A stretch of 32,797 bases of DNA from Octopus bimaculoides. Taxonomy: Eukaryota. The stretch spans positions 77,683,075 to 77,715,871 of the forward strand of contig NC_068990.1 of the NCBI RefSeq assembly GCF_001194135.2, given 5' to 3'. Position numbers and translations under genes: made by a program. Below, in pieces: positions 20,180-32,208 of this stretch (positions within the stretch are counted from its first letter, which is position 1; each line of letters begins with the position of its first letter). The notes below the pieces were generated by a model that saw only the letters and a list, made by a program, of their open reading frames with translations, was not told where the DNA came from and ran no database searches.

Positions 20180-21534
20180 CCTTAATAAAGAATCCAATAT
20201 CACAAATATGGCGATTAGTCGAGTTCACTATTATGTTTTGATTCCCGGAAGAATTTGGTTCACTTCAATTCTGCCGCTAACCAACTTCATGATCCAGTTT
20301 CCATCTCCAGTGTACACAACCTCAGTCCTTTGCCGAATGGCAACGATCCATAGAAGAATCACTGTTTAACATAGGGTTTTCTTAATATAATGCAAACTAG
20401 CGGGGTCCGCTAATATTTCATGGAATTAATGATAAATTTATTGGGTTATTTCTGGAAACTCTATCCTAAAGACCTGAAAGCGTAACCTGTGTTTTGTCTG
20501 TATGGAAAGATAGTCGCTCATCTGCTATTCATTGAAAAGTGAAGGAAATTGGAATACGATGATTACTTAATGCACTTTATATACTTTATGCACAATTTTA
20601 CAGACTTAATACACAGCACTCTCCCTCTTTCTCTATCACTCTTCGCTTTATCCTCTTTTTCTCTCTCCTTTTTCTTTCGCTCTTCGCCTTTCCATTCATC
20701 TGATCACCTGAAAGCGTTACAGACGGGCTAAGTAACAGAGGAAAAAACCTTAGTTAAAAAAAAAATTACACATTTCACTCACCACCACCTTTCCATCCCC
20801 TATCTCTCTTGTCTTCCCTCCCCTATCTCTCTTGTCTCCCCTCCCCTAACTCTTATAAGATGTGGGGTCAAATTTTACATTGCATAAAGTTCTTGTCATG
20901 TGCGGGAGTCGATTTAAGGGATTATTCAATCACACAAAAACGCGGCGCGTGCGTGATGTGTGATTGTGTCTTTGCTAGAAATCGATATTAAACAAAATAA
21001 AAGTCAAGAACTTACTTAGGGATAGGACGCTGATCCATTCCGTTTGGGTGATATCTTGAGATTCATAGAATTGGTGATTTAAGACAAACGAATTCATTTG
21101 TAAATTCTTTAGCTTTGCCACTGTTTACAATATAGCTAAGCTGTTAGAAATCAAATGGTTTTGTTGTGGGCATGGAAAAACTGCAAGGAAGGAATGCAAA
21201 CTCGTATTATATTTGTTCGACCATTTATACTCCCACTTTCTCATCCATATCATGCAAGAGTCATGGGTGAATTCATGAGAGGTAAGTTCTATTGACCGAA
21301 GAGTTGCTTGATAGTTTTCTGTCGCAAGCACTGCACCGCATTTTAAGGAAAGGTACAAAGAAAAGATTCAGTTGCTTAATCCATTCTATTATATACAGCT
21401 TCTTGATATTGTTAATTTTTATCTCCCAGGTCACACCTGATCGACTAGACGTATGGTTTAAAAGCATTGCAGCTCTGACCATCCTGTTCGAAGAGTATTT
21501 CCACATTTTGTAGCTTGTATCTATCTTTATATCT

Positions 21535-21670
21535 TTCTGTATGTGGTAAGATGTTTGCTTCCCAACCACATTGCTTCGGCTTCAGTCTCATTGCGTGGCA
21601 CCATGGGCAAATGTCTTCTACTATAGTGGATCTGGTAGTTGGTTGTCGGAAACTGAAAGAAGCACATCAT
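21535..21670 (+). mobile_element. Family B SINE 5' half
   Basis: TGTGGTAAGATGTTTGCTTCCCAACCAC...GCGTGGCACCATGGGCAAATGTCTTCTACTATAG...GGAAACTGAAAGAAGC, then (AT)n and a gap. Confidence 0.8.
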
Positions 21671-22271
21671 ATATATATATANNNNNNNNNNNNNNNNNNN
21701 NNNNNNNNNNNNNNNNNNNNNNNNNNNNNNNNNNNNNNNNNNNNNNNNNNNNNNNNNNNNNNNNNNNNNNNNNNNNNNNNNNNNNNNNNNNNNNNNNNNN
21801 NNNNNNNNNNNNNNNNNNNNNNNNNNNNNNNNNNNNNNNNNNNNNNNNNNNNNNNNNNNNNNNNNNNNNNNNNNNNNNNNNNNNNNNNNNNNNNNNNNNN
21901 NNNNNNNNNNNNNNNNNNNNNNNNNNNNNNNNNNNNNNNNNNNNNNNAAAATTACACTAAAAAGCAAGATATCACAGCCGTTTTATACGTAGAGATACCA
22001 AGTTAAAGTGATACATTTTGAGAAGATATGGATAATAATAATAAATAGAGCAAAATGCATATAAATAAAAGTTCCTTTAATTCCTACACATGTTTCAAAA
22101 TAAATGAGAGCTCTTTCACAAAGAAGAAAGAGCTTCTGGGATTCCTCATATATTTTCTCATAGAATTCTCTTCAGGGAGTTCATAATAAAACATATAATA
22201 GCAAGACAAAAACGAAATGATGAGGTAACTTATATATATATATATTATATATATACATGTATGTATCTACG

Positions 22272-22495
22272 TGTGTGTCTTTGTATCTGTTTGTCCCCAC
22301 TCCCACTGTCGCTTTACAACCGGTGTTGGTTTGTTTACGTCCCCATAACGTAGCGGTTCGACAAAAGAGACCGATAGAATAAGTACTAGGCATACAAAGA
22401 ATAAGTCTTGAGGTCGATTTCTTTGACTAAAAACCCCTTTAAGGCAGTGCTCTAGTATGGCTGCTGTCAAATGACTGAAACAAGTAAAAAAATAA
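22272..22495 (+). mobile_element. Family B SINE 3' half
   Basis: CAACCGGTGTTGGTTTGTTTACGTCCCCATAAC...GAGACCGATAGAATAAGTACTAGG...CTGTCAAATGACTGAAACAAGTAAAA. Confidence 0.85.
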
Positions 22496-22853
22496 CAGTA
22501 AAAATATATTATAGAATTATAAATAAATATGTGAGTTACTGCGCATGCGTTTGCGTGTGGCGTAGTTTGTGCTCAAATTGCATCACACGTTTACAGACAG
22601 ACTAAAATAGCTCCATTGTTATTTATAAGTCCCAAATCAGTCAAGATCAAGAAGGCATTTAATCAAGTGCATTTCATCCATGACCATCTCGTTTTAATTT
22701 TTTTCAGCCGTCCACTATTTCTTAAGACAGCTGAGTATGTTGTGAGATTTGGCTGCAGTTTCTAGCAGACTGACCGATTATGTAATGACTCTCACAGTGA
22801 CTTGTGTTCATAAATATTTGGTATATTATACATCAATATGCGGCTCGGGTTAC

Positions 22854-23050
22854 GGCAGCGAGCTGGCTGAAACGTCAACACGCTGGCAAAAATGCTTAGC
22901 GACATTTCGTCAGTCCTTTCGTTCTAAGTTCAAATTCCGCCGGGTCGACTTTGCCTTTCATCCTTTCGGGGTCGATAAGATAAGTACCGGTTGAGCACTG
23001 GGGTCGACTTAGGTCCACCCCCGAAATTACTTGCCTTGTGCCAAAATAAG
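22854..23050 (+). mobile_element. Family A SINE
   Basis: GGCAGCGAGCTGGCTGAAACG head, GTTCAAATTCCGCC B box, GTCGACTTTGCCTTTCATCCTTTCGGGGTCGATAAG core. Confidence 0.88.
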
Positions 23051-23063
23051 AAAAAAAAATCAT

Positions 23064-23155
23064 AGGCGTGATCTTGAGTTCAGTCCCACTGTACGGCAAC
23101 TTGGACAAGTGTTTTCTCCTATAGCCCCGGGCCAACGAAAGCCTTGTGAGTGGAT
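23064..23155 (+). mobile_element. Family B SINE B-box/CORE fragment
   Basis: GAGTTCAGTCCCACTG..GGCAACTTGGACAAGTGT..CTATAGCCCCGGGCC..AAAGCCTTGTGAGTGGAT. Confidence 0.8.
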
Positions 23156-23159
23156 ATAT

Positions 23160-23199
<40 letters not shown>

Positions 23200-23200
23200 A

Positions 23201-23402
23201 TTCGTTTATTTGTTTCAGTCATTTGACTACGGTCATGCTGGAGCACCGCCTTTAGTCGAGCAAATCAACCACAGGACTTGTTCTTTGTAAGCCTAGTACT
23301 TATTCTATCGGTCTATCTTGCCGAACCGCTAAGTGAGGGGGACGTAAACACACCAGCATCGGTTGTCAAGCGATGTTAGGGGGACAAACACAGACACACA
23401 AA
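23201..23402 (-). mobile_element. Family B SINE 3' half
   Basis: Reverse complement of the family B tail and body, close to 2614-2830; probably the same insertion as the head at 24215-24318. Confidence 0.88.
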
Positions 23403-23403
23403 C

Positions 23404-23440
<37 letters not shown>

Positions 23441-23769
23441 NNNNNNNNNNNNNNNNNNNNNNNNNNNNNNNNNNNNNNNNNNNNNNNNNNNNNNNNNNNN
23501 NNNNNNNNNNNNNNNNNNNNNNNNNNNNNNNNNNNNNNNNNNNNNNNNNNNNNNNNNNNNNNNNNNNNNNNNNNNNNNNNNNNNNNNNNNNNNNNNNNNN
23601 NNNNNNNNNNNNNNNNNNNNNNNNNNNNNNNNNNNNNNNNNNNNNNNNNNNNNNNNNNNNNNNNNNNNNNNNNNNNNNNNNNNNNNNNNNNNNNNNNNNN
23701 NNNNNNNNNNNNNNNNNNNNNNNNNNNNNNNNNNNNNNNNNNNNNNNNNNNNNNNNNNNNNNNNNNNNN

Positions 23770-24595
23770 TGTATGTATGAATGTATGTATGTATGAGTCT
23801 TGTGTCTGTTTTCCACCACTGCTTAACAACCAGTATTGGCTTATTTACGTCTAGCGGTTCGGCATGAAAGACCGATCGAATAAGTACCAGATTTAGAGAA
23901 AAAAGTACTGGAGTCGATGTGTTCGACTAAACCCTTCACTGTGGTGTCCCAACATGGCTGTTGGCCAATAACTGAAACAAGTAAAAGATAAAAGAATGCT
24001 ATACGCTTTATTATCATATATATAGGCATCGTATATATTAATATATACATTTAAGGGACGTTATATGCTTTATTTTCCTATACATACATACACGCACACA
24101 CACACATATATATATGTATGTATATGCATATACACAAACACATATGCATGTGTGTGTGTATGTATATATATATACATACACGCCCACACAGACATATATA
24201 TATANNNNNNNNNNGGCTATAGTAGAAGACACTTGCCCAAGGTGCCACGCAGTGGGATTCAACCTGGAACCATGTTGTCGATAAGCAAGCTACTTACCAC
24301 ACAGCCACTCCTGCGCCTATGTATGTATGCATGAATGTATGTATGTATGAATGTATGTATGTATGAGTCTTGTGTCTGTTTTCCACCACTGCTTAACAAC
24401 CAGTATTGGCTTATTTACGTCTAGCGGTTCGGCATGAAAGACCGATCGAATAAGTACCAGATTTAGAGAAAAAAGTACTGGAGTCGATGTGTTCGACTAA
24501 ACCCTTCACTGTGGTGTCCCAACATGGCTGTTGGCCAATAACTGAAACAAGTAAAAGATAAAAGAATGCTATACGCTTTATTATCATATATATAG
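23770..24595 (+). repeat. Exact 256-bp direct duplication (23770-24025 = 24340-24595) containing a family B SINE 3' half
   Basis: No difference seen by eye, including non-SINE flank; offset 570 bp; each copy abuts an N gap. Confidence 0.9.
24215..24318 (-). mobile_element. Family B SINE head
   Basis: Reverse complement GGCGCAGGAGTGGCTGTGTGGTAAGTAGCTTGC...CCCACTGCGTGGCACCTTGGGCAAGTGTCTTCTACTATAGCC. Confidence 0.88.
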
Positions 24596-24942
24596 NNNNN
24601 NNNNNNNNNNNNNNNNNNNNNNNNNNNNNNNNNNNNNNNNNNNNNNNNNNNNNNNNNNNNNNNNNNNNNNNNNNNNNNNNNNNNNNNNNNNNNNNNNNNN
24701 NNNNNNNNNNNNNNNNNNNNNNNNNNNNNNNNNNNNNNNNNNNNNNNNNNNNNNNNNNNNNNNNNNNNNNNNNNNNNNNNNNNNNNNNNNNNNNNNNNNN
24801 NNNNNNNNNNNNNNNNNNNNNNNNNNNNNNNNNNNNNNNNNNNNNNNNNNNNNNNNNNNNNNNNNNNNNNNNNNNNNNNNNNNNNNNNNNNNNNNNNNNN
24901 NNNNNNNNNNNNNNNNNNNNNNNNNNNNNNNNNNNNNNTATG

Positions 24943-24974
<32 letters not shown>

Positions 24975-25185
24975 TAAGGGAGAATATACCCAAAAAACAA
25001 CAGACGAAGACAGGTGATGTAAACAACAAATGGATGTATCAGTATAACGCTCAACGCTTGGGAATAGAGAAAGTCTTTGACGTTTCGAACTTATGCTCTT
25101 CAACTGAAAGGAACACTGAAAGAAACAAGGAGAGAAACGAGGAGAGAAAACAAATATAAATGTAGTGGTCAGCGACCTATCATGG
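24975..25185 (-). mobile_element. Putative Penelope-like terminal fragment with degenerate hammerhead core at 25073-25110
   Basis: Minus strand CAG-TTGAAGAG-CATAAGTT-CGAAACGTC-AAAGAC; core and ACGT palindrome present, stems I and II weak. Confidence 0.35.
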
Positions 25186-25218
<33 letters not shown>

Positions 25219-25345
25219 NNNNNNNNNNTATATATAGTTAAAAAAAACAATAACAAAAAAACAAAAAACAACAAAGTGAGGACGTGATATGGATAGTATT
25301 ATTGGACGCTCAGGAAAGGAAAGAGAGAGTATATATATATATATA

Positions 25346-25393
<48 letters not shown>

Positions 25394-25394
25394 T

Positions 25395-25468
25395 AGAGAA
25401 ATTAAGGTGAATTCTACATTCTAAGATATATATATATCTTAGAATGTGGAATTTACCTTAATTTCTCT
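25395..25468 (+). repeat. 74-bp near-perfect palindrome
   Basis: AGAGAAATTAAGGTGAATTCTACATTCTAAGATATAT mirrored about 25431/25432 with two substitutions. Confidence 0.9.
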
Positions 25469-25629
25469 CATACGGCACGAACTTAATTGCTTCAATGACT
25501 TCATACCTAAAGTTTGGTGCTCGATTTAGAAATATTGGATAATTGGTAGCACATTGGATAATTGGTGGCATAGGTTGCGACAACTAACTAGTTGACCTCA
25601 ACTAACTAATTGACCTTGACAATTATCTC

Positions 25630-25810
25630 ATGTGGCAGATAATAAGTGAGGTCAATATTCGTTGAGAACTTAACTTATGTTATGGCCCTTCGCGTTCTGT
25701 GTTCAAATTCTGCCGAGATCAACTTTGCTCTTTCATCCGTCCAAAGTCGATAAAATAAAATATCTGTCAAGTACTGGAGTCCATTTAATAAATTATAACC
25801 CCTCTCCACA
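25630..25810 (+). mobile_element. Old family A SINE
   Basis: GTTCTGTGTTCAAATTCTGCCGAGATCAACTTTGCTCTTTCATCCGTCCAAAGTCGATAAAATAA. Confidence 0.65.
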
Positions 25811-27582
25811 CTCGCCCCCGCCCCCCTTGTCAAATGTGTAATCATGTACCACTGTTAGCGATCAATATTCGCAGTTGAGAATGTGGACAAGCAAAGCGAT
25901 AATGTGCCGTTGTTCAGCGAACTCAATGGTTGACGGACGGATCGTGTCCATTCTCAGACAAAATTGTGTTGTCTCCTTAGCCACTTTCATAAATAGTTCT
26001 TAACAAGTCGCAACAACGAGTTCTTTGATCATTTGACATGATAGAAATGGCCGCCAAATCTATCTTAAATCACATTGGACTTTTACAGTAAGCGAGTTCC
26101 ATGTTAAATCAGCCGTCTTGTATATAAAAAGAGCACATTTTATACATAAGTGGTTGTAGTCTTAGATACAAATCCAAAGCGATGGCTTCTACGGTCAAGG
26201 AAGACGTAACTTTAATTGCCTATATTTTCTTTTTCCGTTTTTATTCACCCTTCCACTTTTTGCATCAACCGTCTGTTTTTTTTTCTTGTTTTTCCTCGTG
26301 GTTTCTCACGTACCAGCGTCCTGATTTTTAAATAGAACAGCCTATATGTTCAAAGCCTGAAAATTGCGTAGAGATACAAGGCACGTTATAAAAAAAATCC
26401 TGCCTAGCTACGTGTCTTAACAGTAAGAAACTATCAGTAGCTCTTATTTTTATACTGTGTACATTAAATTGTATCTATCTATCTCTCCCTTCCTCCTACT
26501 CTCTCTCTCTCTCTCTCTCTCGATATGTGTGCGTGTTTGTGTGTGTGTGGAGAGAGAGAGAGAGAGAAAGAGAGAGAGATAAACATACGTAAATGTATAT
26601 ATATACTTACATATATATAATTTGTCAAACTTTTTCGATTAGCTATTTTAATCTGTTTTTCCTATTACAGTATTAATCTCCATATACATTTTTCTTGACC
26701 TTCTAAATCTTTACTTCTGACTATTTATGTACTTTTCGTTCATTTTACTTTTAATGTAGTTCATTGTCTCTTCCTTTAACACATTCCATTCACATCATTT
26801 CTGTTTTCTTATAACCGATCACACTTCTTTCACTTCATTTTAATCAAACGCTTAACTCATTTCTTCCCTGTCTCTTCATTTCGCTTTATTTACCCCTATT
26901 GTAAATTTGATATCTGTTCAATCTTATCCCCTTAGATATTTTATATTTCCTCTTATTCGTTTATTTATTCACCTATCTGACCCAAATACTTTCCAATATA
27001 TTCATTCTACTTCATCATTACTAATCGTACATTTTTTTTTTATTATCCATTCTGGTTTTATCCAACATCAAACTATTTTCATTTTACCAACACGTCCCCT
27101 TTTCGAACGAAGATTTCCAGCATTTTTAATTTATTCCATTACGTATCTTATCAAATTCTCTGAATTATTCTACACGTAAAAAAATAGGATGCCATAAACA
27201 ACTTTATGCCTTTGGCATATTATTATTTCCTAAGGTAGGGCTTGTAATATTACCTTTTCATCTTCCCCTGTTATATAATTTAATTATTAGTAGCTGCTAT
27301 ACATTACTCTCATTCAACCAAAATACTTCCATGATCATCTTAATTTGTTTACGTTCACTATTTTGTCTTCTTTGGGTACTTATAAAACGTGATTCTACAT
27401 ATTACCTGGGCTCATTCTTATACGATATACGTTATACATGTCTTGTATAATAACAGTTCAGCACATTACTGCTGTGGCACCACATCTTTGTGCTTCGGGA
27501 TAACATTTTGTTCCTCCAAAGGGAAGTCGTATTGTATGTCCTGAATCATTTGTCGGATCATGACTTAATAAGGGCTATGAGT

Positions 27583-27857
27583 GGAGGCGCAATGGCCCAG
27601 TGGTTAGGGCAGCGGACTCGCGGTCATAGGATCGCGCTTTCGATTCCCAGTCCGGGCGTTGTGAGTGTTTATTGAGCAAAAACACCTAAAGCTCCACGAG
27701 GCTCCGGCAGGGGATGGTGGCGAACCCTGCTGTACTCTTTCACCACAACTTCCTCTCACTCTTACTTCCTGTTTCTGTTGTGCCTGTAATTCAAAGGGTC
27801 AGCCTTGCCACACTGTGTCACACTGAATATCCCCGAGAACTACGTTAAGGGTACATG
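27583..27857 (+). mobile_element. tRNA-derived SINE, family C (head resembles tRNA-Arg), 3' end in gap
   Basis: A box TGGCCCAGTGG, anticodon-arm-like GCGGACTCGCGGTCATA, B-box-like TTTCGATTCCC, then a non-tRNA body. Confidence 0.8.
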
Positions 27858-28318
27858 NNNNNNNNNNNNNNNNNNNNNNNNNNNNNNNNNNNNNNNNNNN
27901 NNNNNNNNNNNNNNNNNNNNNNNNNNNNNNNNNNNNNNNNNNNNNNNNNNNNNNNNNNNNNNNNNNNNNNNNNNNNNNNNNNNNNNNNNNNNNNNNNNNN
28001 NNNNNNNNNNNNNNNNNNNNNNNNNNNNNNNNNNNNNNNNNNNNNNNNNNNNNNNNNNNNNNNNNNNNNNNNNNNNNNNNNNNNNNNNNNNNNNNNNNNN
28101 NNNNNNNNNNNNNNNNNNNNNNNNNNNNNNNNNNNNNNNNNNNNNNNNNNNNNNNNNNNNNNNNNNNNNNNNNNNNNNNNNNNNNNNNNNNNNNNNNNNN
28201 NNNNNNNNNNNNNNNNNNNNNNNNNNNNNNNNNNNNNNNNNNNNNNNNNNNNNNNNNNNNNNNNNNNNNNNNNNNNNNNNNNNNNTTATTTTCTAAAATA
28301 AAAAGGGTAAACGGTAAA

Positions 28319-28650
28319 GACATCCTTCGGTCATGACTGACCATGGGATTGCACCTAGAAAGTTACCCTCCGATGCACAAATCCAAGCAACGTTGCTTTA
28401 TGGAAGACCAGCGGCTGTCCATGCATACCTGCCTCTCATCTCCACACCACCAGTGTTATCCAAGGGAAAAGCAAAGGGGCCGATACAGTTTGGCACCAAT
28501 GACATCGCAGCTCATTTCTGCAGCTAAGTGGACTGGATCGACGTGAAACAAAGTGGCTTGCTTTAAGAACACAACACACAGCCTGGTCTGGGAATCGAAC
28601 TCACTACCTCATGAAAACCCGGCGCTCTAACGACTGAGCCATGTGCCTTC
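28319..28650 (-). mobile_element. tRNA-derived CORE-like SINE, family D
   Basis: Minus strand: GGCACATGGCTCAGTCGTTAGAGCG (A box), GAGTTCGATTCCC (B box), GTTGTGTTCTTAAAGCAAGCCACTTT CORE-like segment. Confidence 0.8.
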
Positions 28651-28763
28651 ACTATTCTAAAATAGTAGCGTGTAAATTGACGTAGATTTAGCTGTTATGT
28701 CTAGCAACCGCATAACAAATAGATGTTCCTTCGTTGGCTCGCTTATGTATGTGTATAGCTATG

Positions 28764-28816
28764 TAGCTGCTGCTGCTACTGCTGCTGCTACTGCTGCTGT
28801 TGTTGTTATTGTTGTT
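28764..28816. repeat. (GCT/ACT)n-(GTT)n trinucleotide repeat
   Basis: Direct tandem repeat. Confidence 0.9.
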
Positions 28817-29254
28817 CAGTCCCATGTCAGTCCCCATCGAACAGACTTAAGATGAAAGATAATCCAACTATTACCACTCTATATCATTAGAAGTATGTGT
28901 TGGACTACTTTATCCATAGGGTATTTTCCTTTGTCAAGGAACGGATATGGTTTGAGTGGGAAGAAGATTTGGTTACTATATCTAAGCAAGTAGAGCGACT
29001 AGGTAGAGGCTCTCCTACTGCGTGTCGGAAATTTTGCTGAGTCAAAGTTTTAGTGATGTTCTCTCCCACCTTAAGCAGCCCCACCCACTCCAACCTGATC
29101 AATTGTTTCGTCTTTCAACTCATTTCCTGTGATCGATTTATAGTAAATCCTTCGACTGAAACTCCAACAAAGTGTTAAGTCAATAGGATCGATAAAAAAG
29201 AAATACAGAAAACTAGTCACGTGATCGATTTTGCCCTGTAATAATTAGCGTCAA

Positions 29255-29460
29255 ACCAGGAAGAAAGGAAGAAAGAAAGACTGGTAGGAAGAAAGAATGA
29301 TTGAATGAATGAATGAATGAATGAAATGAATGAATGAATTAATTAATGAATGAATGAATGAAATGAATGAATTAATTAATGAAAGAAAGTTCGAGCAAGG
29401 AACGAGCAAAAGGAAAAAGACAAAAGGAGAAAGAAAGAAACAGAAAAGAAAGAAACAGAA

Positions 29461-29499
<39 letters not shown>

Positions 29500-29551
29500 G
29501 AAGAAATAGGGAGAGAGAGGGAGAGAAAGAAAAAACGAATGAAAGAAAGAA
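29255..29551. repeat. (GAAT)n/(GAAA)n purine-rich simple repeats
   Basis: Direct tetranucleotide tandem repeats running into a gap. Confidence 0.95.
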
Positions 29552-30229
29552 NNNNNNNNNNNNNNNNNNNNNNNNNNNNNNNNNNNNNNNNNNNNNNNNN
29601 NNNNNNNNNNNNNNNNNNNNNNNNNNNNNNNNNNNNNNNNNNNNNNNNNNNNNNNNNNNNNNNNNNNNNNNNNNNNNNNNNNNNNNNNNNNNNNNNNNNN
29701 NNNNNNNNNNNNNNNNNNNNNNNNNNNNNNNNNNNNNNNNNNNNNNNNNNNNNNNNNNNNNNNNNNNNNNNNNNNNNNNNNNNNNNNNNNNNNNNNNNNN
29801 NNNNNNNNNNNNNNNNNNNNNNNNNNNNNNNNNNNNNNNNNNNNNNNNNNNNNNNNNNNNNNNNNNNNNNNNNNNNNNNNNNNNNNNNNNNNNNNNNNNN
29901 NNNNNNNNNNNNNNNNNNNNNNNNNNNNNNNNNNNNNNNNNNNNNNNNNNNNNNNNNNNNNNNNNNNNNNNNNNNNNNNNNNNNNNNNNNNNNNNNNNNN
30001 NNNNNNNNNNNNNNNNNNNNNNNNNNNNNNNNNNNNNNNNNNNNNNNNNNNNNNNNNNNNNNNNNNNNNNNNNNNNNNNNNNNNNNNNNNNNNNNNNNNN
30101 NNNNNNNNNNNNNNNNNNNNNNNNNNNNNNNNNNNNNNNNNNNNNNNNNNNNNNNNNNNNNNNNNNNNNNNNNNNNNNACACACACACAGATATTTATGT
30201 ATATATAATATATACATGTATGCATCTAA

Positions 30230-30410
30230 GGCGGCGAGTTGGCAGAAACGTTAGCACGCCGGGCGAAATGTTTAGCAGTATTTCGTCTTTCTTTACGTTC
30301 TGAGTTCAAATTCCGCTGAGGTCGACTTTGCTTTTCATCCTTTTGGGGTCGATAAATTAGGTAATCGACTGGCCCCCTCCCTCCAAATTTCGGGCCTGGA
30401 GTAGAAAAAT
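30230..30410 (+). mobile_element. Family A SINE (internal deletion near 3' end)
   Basis: GGCGGCGAGTTGGCAGAAACGTTAGCACGCCGGGCGAAATG...GAGTTCAAATTCCGCTGAGGTCGACTTTGC...CATCCTTTTGGGGTCGATAAA. Confidence 0.9.
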
Positions 30411-32208
30411 ATATATACATGTAGGTATTCATGTATTTGTATATATGTATATATATCGTTTACATGTATGAATGTATATGAAGAGATGCCCCAGCATGGT
30501 CAGTGTGTCCAGTGAATGAAACCAGCATGATCACAAAAGAATACACATAAGCACATACAGCAAAAACACGCGCGCACACACATACACACACACACATATT
30601 CCATCATGAGATCTGACGAATGGCGTTTACGCCCACGCAGGGAAATCTCGTTTTGTTAGTGCTTGTTACAGCCGATCAAATCAAATTAATACTGTTTTGT
30701 AATATTAGGTTCCTCTTTCTTTGTCCGTTACTAACACATATATGTGAATGTTAAGCATATATATATATATATATATAGCAATACACGAGTTTGGGATAAA
30801 GACGTATTTATTCTAACACAAGTGCGATGAATGGACTTAATTGAGCATTTACACTACTTTCTTATATGCTGCTTTCAAAAACCTGTGTATCTGTATATGT
30901 CCTATACATGCGTCCAAGTATACACTCACATACACACACACACACACACACATATAAATATATATGTATGTTTATATTTGTCTAAGTATGGTTTTACATT
31001 AAATATAGGAAATAAGAAGACGAAACTGTATAGATATATATGCATATATATTTTGATATATATACATATACATATTTGTATATCTATATATATATATATA
31101 TATATATATAAGCACATATATAAATAATACACACAGATACATACATACATACGCGCGTGCGCGCATGCATACATAGATATAACAAATAGATTGTAATCAT
31201 GATGGAACGTGGAACCTTCGATAACTACAGAACTCTCTCCCTATTTCTCTCTCCCTGCATCTTTCTTTTTCACTTTCACTCTATCTTTCTTTCTCTCACT
31301 TTCTCTCTCTCTCTCTCTATCTCTTTCCTTCTCTCTCGACTTTATTCACGAAGTGAAAGTCCTTAAATTGACAGAATTGAGAAGATATGATATGCTTTAG
31401 CAATCAAAATCTTACTTCTTGTTGATTCTTGTTGCTTCGAACAGTAAATGCTTTAGTAACCTAACCCTAACCTCTCTCATGATTTCACCGACACCGTGAA
31501 TTTGAATTGGTTGTGAAAAGTGTTTTCATCATTTTCTTGTATTTCTTGCCTTTTCTCAATTTCACTGACCTCGACTTGTTAAGCCGAAATACGTAACAAA
31601 ATTAAAAAGTAAAACGCATTGGTTGGCGTTATAGAAATTCTGTTAGATAAATAAAATATGAACGCCAAACAATATAACACAAATAACAAAAACGTTTACT
31701 GCCACCAATTCGAATTAACAGATTCTTCAAAAGACCTAGGAGATGTCTTTATTAACAAAAACGGACTGCTTCATTCAATACGCTAAGGCATATAATACTT
31801 TCTTAGTGAAGTCAAGCTAGGGATTTTCATCTCTTACAGGAAACTACAAAGACAAAGAAACATTATAAGATTGGAATGATATTCTAAGAACATCGCAGGT
31901 TTCATCATGATTGGAATATATTTCATATTCTCTCTAGAACATTGAGAAAAGCATTTTCATGCCGAAATATCAGATGGGCTTTCTCGTCTTATTCATTTCA
32001 CATGTTTATCATTTTTTCTATAATGTCTATCAATATAGTCTACATGTTTCTATTAACTATAGAGAGACAACAAATATATATAAAGAGAACACATTTTAGA
32101 GTGGTCTGTAGGTATTTGACATCTACTACTAGCACAGGCGCTAAGTATTTCCAGTAGCCCTTAACTATAATTATATACGTAAAAAAATATCATATATATA
32201 TATATATA

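Noticed and set aside
25855-25922. Possible phase-1 second exon for the signal-peptide gene (TCGCAG|TT GAG AAT...)
   Set aside because: Weak acceptor, stop after 19 codons, no good donor and no domain similarity.
27583-27660. tRNA-Arg gene
   Set aside because: Acceptor stem does not close and the sequence continues into a SINE body; it is a SINE head.
752-30303. Long ORFs of 130-400 aa in the supplied track containing X runs or IYIY/CVCV/HTHT tracts
   Set aside because: They run through N gaps and microsatellites; no coding information.
31458-31473. AACCTAACCCTAACCT as interstitial telomere
   Set aside because: Under three imperfect units; expected by chance or inside transposon relics.
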